A DNA stretch of 64,000 nt, taken from Octopus vulgaris (lineage: Eukaryota). The notes under the pieces are model-generated. The model was given only the letters and a program-made list of their open reading frames with translations. It did no database searches and was not told the DNA's origin. The position numbers and the translations under genes were made by a program. Below are positions 53,821 through 64,000 of the stretch, in pieces. Position 1 is the first letter of the stretch. Every line of letters starts with the position of its first letter. Location of the stretch: the NCBI GenBank assembly GCA_951406725.2, contig OX597819.1, positions 96,472,001 through 96,536,000 on the forward strand. The letters run 5' to 3'.

Positions 53821-56800
53821 TAGGAATATAAAGAAAGTCGAATTAAATAAGAAAGAAGAGTTGTTGCTTAGCCTCGAGCCAACTCTGCTTGAGTAGATTA
53901 TAGAACAATGGTGTTCCAGTCATGACCATCCCTTCTTCTATTCAGTCATACTGAGCTTACACATTACATCAATCAATGTGTGAATTGTTTTCACAAGAGA
54001 ATAGAGATCGATTTGAGGAGGAAAATTAACGGCTATTTTTTTTTCTCCATCAGATTGTATTGAGTAGCTTGCTTCAATAATCTCAGAAAAAGTGATTGAG
54101 TGTCACGGTAGGGAAAGTATGAATGACTTTGAGGGTGGGTGATCAGAACGACATAGGTGAAGGTCACTGAATGGATAAGACACTCTGTGGATGACAGAAT
54201 GGTATGAGTGGTGGTGGTGGTGGTGGGGAATGTAAGGATAGTATACACATAGTGTTGGTTGAGGTAGGAAAGATTAACATTAAAGGACACTTTATATGTC
54301 AGGATGGGGGTCCCTTTAAGAGTCGCTGTGTGGGGAAGAAGGGAAATCTATCAGTGAGTGACGCGGTATTTAGAGGGAGAAAAGTCTCTATTTGAAGATC
54401 ACTGTATGTATACGGTGTGAAGATTAACAATAAGGGTCAATGTACGAATTGGGAGGGATGTCTGTTTAAGGTTCACTGTGTGTAAAGAGAATTCTTTTTA
54501 AGGGTTACTGAAAATGAAAGGAAAGGAAGTCAATTAGTGGGGGACATTGTATGTATGAGGAGAAGTATTTATGAGTCATTGTTTGTACAGCGCAGAGAGT
54601 CTAAGGATATGCAAATGGAGGGAAATCTCCTCTTAACTTCGGACTTTTCACCTCAATATTTTTGTGCCGAAAAGACGGGACTCTTATAAGCTGTTATCTA
54701 GGAGCGATCTTAGTTTTAATTCATATTTCATTATATATAGTTTTACAAAATCATGATGCTTTACAGATCTGATGTGTGCGAGGACTGCTAATTTATAATG
54801 TCCCTTTCTTTGTAAAACACAGCGGTGTCGTAGAATATTTCCTTGAGGTTATGTATAGCTAAATCATGTTAGATGAACATAACCTGTAAACTGTGATTTC
54901 TACACCAAAACTAGCAACACTTTACATTCAACTTCACATTCTACTTATGCTTTCTTTCGTTTATGTTGTTGATGTTTCAGCTTCAAAGTCGCCCTGTTCG
55001 ATTAGACCTATGATCCAAAACATTCCTAACATGATCGATACTTCAATTTTGTTTAGGTATAGCTTACTCCAGGGACAGTAGGATTTAAATCAAGGAAATT
55101 TAGTGGCTATATCCAGTAGGTCGAACGACCATTTAGAAGCTCTCTCATTCTCTCATTTGGTTTTATATCAATACGAATATTTCTTTTTCATGCACGTTTA
55201 AATTAACTTTGATGTATGTAGATATGTGAACACGTAAAATATTAATAGGCTGTCCAGTATCTTTACCAAAATTCTCACCATCTTCACCCGCATATTAAAT
55301 ATATTTATTGGTACCTCTTAACTGGCTCTGTTACTGAGAGACTATAAAGCAGTTTTACCTGATTAAAATCTTGCTCTCTTGTTTCTCAGATAAAGTTTCC
55401 AGTTTCCATCCAATTTTCTGGTCGTCTCAATTTCTGTTACACTTTCGCAATGTCACTATATCTCTTAAAGTTTACTGATGTAACAATATCTGTAAAATAT
55501 TTCATTATATCCATTAAAGTTTATATCTTTAAGTCTCTGGTCTCAGTGGAGATAATTACCTCAAATGTCCTATCAAGTGTTATCAAAAGTAATTCTTCTG
55601 TTAACTCTACAGTCAATATATTGTACTAATACTACTATTATTAGTACAAACAGCGTGTCATATACTCGGTGCCTTGTAGGGCACAGTCTTGATGTTAAAG
55701 GAAAGCTGTAATTATAATTTTTCCCGAGTATGTTGCAGTAAACTTAATTAAATTGTGTCTGATCGTTATCCTAGATCAGAGTTTGGAGACATAATCTAGG
55801 GCCTGCTGAAACATCGCCACATGGGTTGCCTTTAGGGGAGTGCGCACTATTGAAAATATTCGGGGCAGGTGTCCTCGCTGGCGATAACTTCCTACTTTCT
55901 AACTACCAGTCACGGTGGCCCTTAAAAGGGTCAAGGGCACTGCACATCTCCCCTCGATGAAGCCATTAAAATAAAATTCCCCGTCTGTTCTCTGGCATTT
56001 AGTAATTTTCGTCATAAACAAGATGTTTGAGGAGCTATTAACTGCAACATCTGTCTGTTTTTGTAGCACTTCGTTGATTTATCGCAAAATATCACCTCTG
56101 GCTCCTACTGAATTCCATTCCGATGTCACGTGATTAAGTTGCTTTCAGGTCATGCTATTTCTTCTGTGAATGTACCAATGCCATAAATCTTCATCAAGCT
56201 AGGATTATTCAATATAACGCATTTCTAGCCATTAAATATGAACTTTATAGAAAGAGGATGTAAACAGACGGCAAAGCAGAGTGGAGAGGCGGTGGGGCGT
56301 GAACCGCATAACTTTGTAACAGCATTACTAAAGCGGTCTTTGTTTCGGTCTATATTTGCAAAAATACATGCCAGGAGATATATAATAGCTGTTGTTGAGG
56401 TTGCTATTGCTGCTGTTGTTTAACCTCGAGTCAGCCCTGGTGGATCACGTCTAAGATCAAAGTCGTTCCAATTGTGACCAGCTAAATTTTTTCGTTGACA
56501 TGTTGCAGTAAAGTCACATTATTCTTTATGATGTTCTCCTCTATAATGGCTAAGACTTCAATGTAGGGAAATTTGACTGCTATTTCTGTCAAACCGTGTA
56601 TGTACAGGAGGTTATCTCTAAGAAATGGTAGATTGCCGGATTAAATTTGTCTGTTGTGTAGAGAAAGAAGTGGTGTGTGTGTGTATGTGTGTGTGAGTGG
56701 GTGGGTGGGTGGGGGTGATTCAGTTTAGATTGGTAAACAGAGAAGCTAAGTTGGAATTATAGGGAGATGTCAGATTAATTAAACTTGGGTAAACACATCA

Positions 56801-57322
56801 TTGGTGAAAGAGAGGAAAACACAAACAAGAAATAAACTGATAGGAAGACGATAATAACAACAAATTTAAACAACTGACAGCAGCAATAACAACAGTGGCA
56901 GCAGCAGCAGTAGCAGCAGCAGCATCAACAGCAACAAAAACATGAAAACGACGATGGCATCTGATTTCAGTTGGGAAATATATTTCCACTGTTACAAAAA
57001 TACTGAAAAAATACAAGACAGACACACATTCACAAATAAATATATATACACACACACATAAACACAGACACATGTAATTTTATCTTGTGTGAGTGAGTGT
57101 GTGTGTGTGTGTGTGTGTATTCACGTACACATATATGAACATACATATATGTATATATGTGTATATATTTGTATGTATTTATGTATGCACACAAATGCAC
57201 TCACACATAAACACACATACTAGAATGTATGCGCATTCACATACATAGATATATGTGTATGTATATATATATATGTGCATATATGTATATATTATATATA
57301 TGTATGCATGTATGTATGTATG

Positions 57323-57438
<116 letters not shown>

Positions 57439-57998
57439 TACACATGTACATTGAGGGAATGAAGACGTAAATGAAGAGAAAGAGAAAACGGAAGAGAGTG
57501 AAAAACGCAAATAAGGAGAAGTAAAACGATAGACAAAAGAAGAGCAACCAATTGTTTTTGAAAACCCGTGGATGTGTGTGTATATATGTCACAGAATCTA
57601 AAGAACTGATTGTCTTTAGAAACATGATATACCATGTCAGATTTTATTTCATTTCTTCATCACCGTTAACTAACTGATCCAAAATAAATATTACGCTTGC
57701 AGCAAAAAGAGAGTCACTCCAGAACCGAAATACGGGGTGACAGAAAAAAAAAATACTGGATTCTAATTATCCAGTCCAAATTTGGTAAGTTTTCACGGGT
57801 GACATATTGCTTCTAGTTCCATCTAGATGTATTATTTCTAAATTTGTAGTTTTACGTGTGTGTGTGTGTTTGTGGCGATGTTGGTTGTTTCCTTGCATGT
57901 GTATGTATTGTATGGGTGTATATACATACATACATACATACATACATACATACATACATACATACATACATACATACATACATACATAAATACATACA

Positions 57999-58031
<33 letters not shown>

Positions 58032-58099
58032 GCATACATACATACATACATACATACACACATGCACTCACATATATGTGTGCGTATGTATGTGTGTAA

Positions 58100-58152
<53 letters not shown>

Positions 58153-58182
58153 CACTACACGTACATACCTTCATACACAAAT

Positions 58183-58221
<39 letters not shown>

Positions 58222-58307
58222 TGAGAGAGAGAGTGAGGTGTGAGTGCATTTATGAATATATGTGCATATATATATATGTGTGTGTAGAAGTATACATGCA
58301 TACATAC

Positions 58308-58338
<31 letters not shown>

Positions 58339-58789
58339 CATACATACATACATACATGCATACATACATCCATACATACATACACACATACATACATACA
58401 AAGTCATGTGTGTGTGTGTGTGTGTGAATGCGAGTGTGTTAGTGTTCTTGTGTGTGTGCACGGGCGCATGATTGTGTGACGTACTTTTGTGGGTCATGTG
58501 TCTTTCGAAGATATATAATTATACTAAAAACTTCGTTCACTAGTTGCCATCTTGTCGTGTAGTTTGCTTTGCTTTTTGTTTGTTTTTAAAACCATTTCAG
58601 AGCGCAATCCAAATAAGTAACGTAGACGTCATATCTGTGGTATTTATATGTGAAAATTTACTTACAGTATGTATGTATGTATGTATGTATGTATGTATGT
58701 ATGTATGTATGTATGTATGTATGTATGTGTGCGTGTGTGCGTGTGTACATGAGTGTGCGTATATGTGTGTGTATGTATGTATGTATGTA

Positions 58790-58937
58790 TGTATGTATCT
58801 ATGTGTATGTATGTATGTATATGTGTGTGCATATATATATGTACATATATATATTCTTGCATACATATCTATATGTAAGTATTTGTTTATGTTATATGTA
58901 CTTAATTTAGTATAGATGTACACGTATATGTGAGTGT

Positions 58938-58994
<57 letters not shown>

Positions 58995-59029
58995 GAAAGG
59001 GAGATAGACAGACAGAGAACAAGAGCGAG

Positions 59030-59086
<57 letters not shown>

Positions 59087-59381
59087 GAAAGTCAAATATG
59101 GCAGTGACAGAGGTTAAACTAGGAAGTCTTAAAATCCGAAATAGCAAATACAGACTCACTTTCAAACTCACCGATGCCATTGCACACACTCATACCAAGA
59201 GGTATGATGTATGTATGTATGTATCTATGTGTATGTATGTATGTATCTATGTGTATGTATGTATGTATATGTGTGTGCATATATATATGTACATATATGT
59301 ATTCTTGCATACATATCTATATGTATTTGTTTATGTTATATGTACTTAATTTAGTATAGATGAACACGTATATGTGAGTTT

Positions 59382-59426
<45 letters not shown>

Positions 59427-59593
59427 CAGAGAAAGAGACAGAGAAAGGGAGACAGACAGACAGAGAACAAGAGCGAGAGAGAGTCAAATATGGCAGTGAC
59501 AGAGGTTAAACTAGGAAGTCTTAAAATCCGAAATAGCAAATACAGACTCACTTTCAAACTCACCGATGCCATTGCACACACTCATACCAAGAG
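58790..59593 (+). repeat. Tandem duplication of a ~390-410 bp unit
   Basis: gtcaaatatggcagtgacagagg...cataccaagagg is identical at 59091-59202 and ~59483-59593; the upstream parts also match, differing mainly in (GA)n length. Confidence 0.9.
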
Positions 59594-60059
59594 GCCCAAA
59601 CATATACAGCGATACAACTACACCTAAATTTGTACAAATAGTGAATAAATTTTCATTCAACGTGTTTTAAAGATACGATTGTGTTTGATTCAATGTTATG
59701 CGTACGTGTATGTATGTGTGTGCGTATATGTGTGTTCAAGTTTATTACGAACGAAAGGGAAGTTAGTATTTATTTTTAAGTTAATATTTATTGGGAAGTA
59801 ACTAATGATTCATTCATCTTGTCAGTAATACTTCAATTGCTTCAATTATGATTGTTCGGAAACAGTTAAATTCTAGCTGGTGTCATCCTTGTGCATTTTG
59901 CTAGCACTAGAAGTTAATTCTGATTCAATGCACTCTTGCTTGAACGAAGAGCGTCAAAGTGAATTATTCCACCTTGGTGGGAAAGGTCGATTAAAAATTT
60001 TTTTTTTTTAGAATTCTAGGTATTTCGAAAATATTTTGCAAATCCAACAATAGATAATA

Positions 60060-61020
60060 ACCTGTAATAGCAAGTCAGACACAATCTCGAATCTTCTGTT
60101 CAACAATCTCAGTGGCTGTTTTCAGAATGTGGAAATAAGTACAATCTGCAATTCCTATTGTGGTTATTATATGGGGTTGTTTTGTCTACGATGTTCTAGG
60201 GTGTTTTGGTGACACGTTTGAATCCGTTCTCACATAATCTCAAGCGAATTTTGACAGAGAGGTGGAGCTCACTCTATCCGTTGATCTAAATGACAGTATA
60301 TGTTGATTGCATCGAACCTTAAGTATATTTATGGTTAATATCGTATAGTTGTTTAAGGCGGCAAGCTGGCAGAAACGTTAGCACGCCAGGCGAAATGCTT
60401 ACCGGTATTTCGTCTGCCGTTACGTTCTGAGTTCAAATTCCGCCGTGGTCGACTTTGCCTTTCATCCTTTCGTTTTTCATCCTTGTGTTTTTCTGAATTT
60501 TAAGATACCTTACTATAAAAAAAAAAAAAAAAGAATTCATTTAGGCTGAGAGACAGAGTGGAGCCAAACTTTGCGGCAAAATTCTTTAAATATTTATAGA
60601 TTGTGGATTCAAGCGTGTTCCTATAGTCTACAACATTATGAACAAGGAAATCTCAAACAATAACTGGGTCAGAAATTTCAGATTCAACTTTGTTATATAT
60701 CCTAGAACCGACACCAATTTTGCTGAACTGAAGATCCGAGATAGCATATATGATAGTTTCTTGTCAAGAATTACTTTCCCGGAAAACTCGTAAGATTCAC
60801 AAATTTTGTGCAAAACCTGGAATTCACAAAATCAACATCTTCAGTTACCAGGCAATGTAATTCTCCCTGATATAAAATGGTCAAACCAGAGTGCACTCCC
60901 TTGCATTGCAGTAGAGTTAGCTTCCCACATTCACGACAATTACTTGGTGTGACACTACTTTCCATTTGACAGCGGCTTCCAAACATTATGAATCGACTGA
61001 ATCTGTTTCTTAGCAACATT
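60060..61020 (-). mobile_element. Decayed Penelope-like element interrupted by a family A SINE
   Basis: LKVRCNQHILSFRSTDRVSSTSLSKFA*, then LLNRRFEIVS (60330-60070); an NCR..IxYQ-like stretch near 60870-60945 is weaker. Confidence 0.6.
60355..60485 (+). mobile_element. Family A SINE, head plus body start
   Basis: aaggcggcaagctggcagaaacgttagcacgcc...gagttcaaattccgccg.ggtcgactttgcctttcatcctttc. Confidence 0.9.
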
Positions 61021-61118
61021 ATAAATTGATCTCAACGTTGGCTGGGCAACTTCAGGTGAACGGGCAGCTGCTATCCCATATTTACATACATACATTCATA
61101 CATACATACATACATACA

Positions 61119-61152
<34 letters not shown>

Positions 61153-61301
61153 AAAGTGTATATATCAATGCATGCATATAAGTCTCCCTCTCTATCTCTC
61201 TATGTGTCTATCTAACGGACTATCACTCTACCTTTATATGTCAGTGTGTGTGCGTGCGTGTGTGTGTGCGTGCGTGTGTGTGTGTGTGTGTGTGTGCGTG
61301 C

Positions 61302-61368
<67 letters not shown>

Positions 61369-61438
61369 TACAACAGTATTATATGTCCATTACAGCCGAT
61401 CTTACGAATCGACATATGTATGTGTATATGTATTATGA

Positions 61439-61470
<32 letters not shown>

Positions 61471-61648
61471 ATGTACGTTTATCTGTATATATGTATACGG
61501 AAAGGGGTGATGTCACGGGATAAGACAAAGAGACAGAAAGACAGTGTAAGCAAGAAGTACAGAGAATTGAGAATGGAAAAATGAGAAAATTATTAAAATA
61601 TTGTGGTAGAGAGACAGAAATGGTTAGCATATGGAATATATAAGGGAG

Positions 61649-61692
<44 letters not shown>

Positions 61693-62054
61693 AAGAGAGA
61701 GAGGGGAGAGAGATATAGGATGTGAGAGAGCTTGTTTAAAGGGTTTGATCAAAGGCGATAAGAAAGAAGGAGGATAAAATTGTATATGAAGGAGATTTGA
61801 GAAAACATGTCGAAGTGAGATATAGAGGTGAGACTTGTAAGATATCTGTAACAGATTTTTCACACGATATATGTTTATCTGTTCATGTTATCTGTTGTCA
61901 GATCGTCTATATGATAAATTACTTGTCTGTCTATCTATCTCGTATCTCTCAGTCTATCTGTTTGTCTGTCTGTCTGTTCGTCTGTCTGTCTGTCTATCTG
62001 TCTATTTGCCTGTCTAAATGTCTTTCTGAGCTATGCTTAAATTACTTTTATACA

Positions 62055-62160
62055 TTAATGGCGGAGGCCAATCCACCTCTGCAACCTCTCTGCTGATCTA
62101 CTTTTCCATTTTGTCGACGTCTCAACACTGATTGGTCAAACTAAGTTGACGTCACGAATC
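62055..62160. promoter_or_regulatory. Candidate cis-regulatory cluster (CRE, two CCAAT boxes, YY1-like)
   Basis: ATGGCGG ~62058, CCAAT ~62068, ATTGG 62131, TGACGTCA 62147-62154; motif evidence only. Confidence 0.3.
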
Positions 62161-62332
62161 CGTTAAATGACAGAAACAATCAGGAAATTTGGCAAAGAGG
62201 ACAACGGCTTATGTCATTTATTGATCTCAAGCTTGTCTTTCACTTGTATCGATTACCAATGTGAAAGACATTGCTTTTCATTGTTCTATTTTTTTCTCTC
62301 GCAAATACTCTACCATCTGATAACGGCGCTGT

Positions 62333-62400
<68 letters not shown>

Positions 62401-62602
62401 TAATTATTAGTGGATTGGTAGGGAGGGGCGTTCGAGAAAATACCTTTCGGCATTTGTTTCGGTCTACTTTGTGAGTTTAAATCCTACAGAGATCAACTTT
62501 GCTTTTTATTCTTTTGTGGTCAATAAAATAACGTGTTTGTTTAAGAATGATGAACAAAACGCCAATGTTTCCAAAGATGGATTATTAAGACCCCCCCCCC
62601 CC

Positions 62603-62862
62603 CCCAAAGAATTCCTCTCAACACATGACTATGGTTCTCCATGACTACACCTGCTCGTGATCAGAGATGCTCATATAGTCAGCCACTAAAGAACATGCTC
62701 AACTGGTTACGGTCAAGCAGTTAACAAACAAGTCTGCGGTATTGAGCACAATATTTGCTGCAGCCCATCTTTTATACCAAGACAAAACAATGTACATAAT
62801 AACACTTCCAATCAGTTAAGATCAGGAGCCATGAGAATCATTGCCTAGTACTGCTTCAGGTC

Positions 62863-62866
<4 letters not shown>
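62603..62866. mobile_element. ~550 bp element, copy 3 (partial, inverted relative to copies 1 and 2)
   Basis: Reverse complement of ~4073-4325; abuts (TTA)n at 62867. Confidence 0.85.
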
Positions 62867-62902
<36 letters not shown>

Positions 62903-63034
62903 GTTATCATCATCATCATCATCATCATCGTTGTTGCTGTTGTTGTTGTTACATTAACGGTAGTATATTGGCAGAATTGGTAGAGTACTGAGACGAAGTT
63001 TTTATTTCAACAGATAAATATTCTAATAGATTTA

Positions 63035-63495
<461 letters not shown>

Positions 63496-64000
63496 TGATA
63501 ACAACACAGTGATAGCAGCAACTGGGAGAATCTGTTAAAAACCTTAGAATTTAAATATATTTCTAATTTACCAAGATTTGGAAGTCAGATGTTATAAAGA
63601 AGAACATAATCTCAATCGTCACTATTAGACATGTTAGAAGATATTGACTAAGAACGTTATATACATTTATTACACACGCGCACCCCTCCAGACACACGCA
63701 CACAAACGCGCGTGCGCTTACACACATTCATTCTTAGGGCAATGACCAGAGAAGATTATAGGCGAATGATCAAACGCTTTATTGTATTGATTTTTCATGA
63801 GCATGAAAATACCCGCATACAAATAGACGCGTGACTAACAAAACCTCATACACACACAAACACACACTGACTAACTCATACACGTAGGAGTATAAAGGAA
63901 ATAAAAGATATTGATAAGATTTATTTATACACTTAACCAGTTTCACATATGTGTGACTTTCAATAGATCTGAGGGATGTAGAACAGTATCGCAAACTTTA

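Overview
Eukaryotic, very microsatellite-rich, AT-rich non-coding DNA (intergenic or deep intronic). The SINE families and repeat density point to an octopus (coleoid cephalopod) genome; this is an inference from recall, not a database result. No intact protein-coding gene, rRNA, true tRNA or CRISPR array is supportable, and nearly all ORF-track entries are microsatellite artefacts. The window holds: (1) at least four tRNA-derived SINE families; (2) R4/Dong-type (RLE) LINE remnants; (3) an RTE LINE 3' fragment; (4) several Penelope-like (GIY-YIG) remnants; (5) mariner and maT/DD37D transposase relics, two of them rearranged into long fold-backs; (6) a non-autonomous Helitron and a MITE; (7) a ~2.3 kb decayed exon of an RS/RD-rich protein (47.4-49.7 kb, minus strand). 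The most interesting signal is a set of type I hammerhead-ribozyme motifs inside short non-coding elements in (TA)n tracts. One has intact catalytic boxes (19997-20072, minus strand) and several are degenerate. An (AAT)n tract at 3.9-5.9 kb has also been hit repeatedly by different retroelements. Coordinates were counted by eye and may be off by a few bases; family names come from motif recall and need database confirmation.
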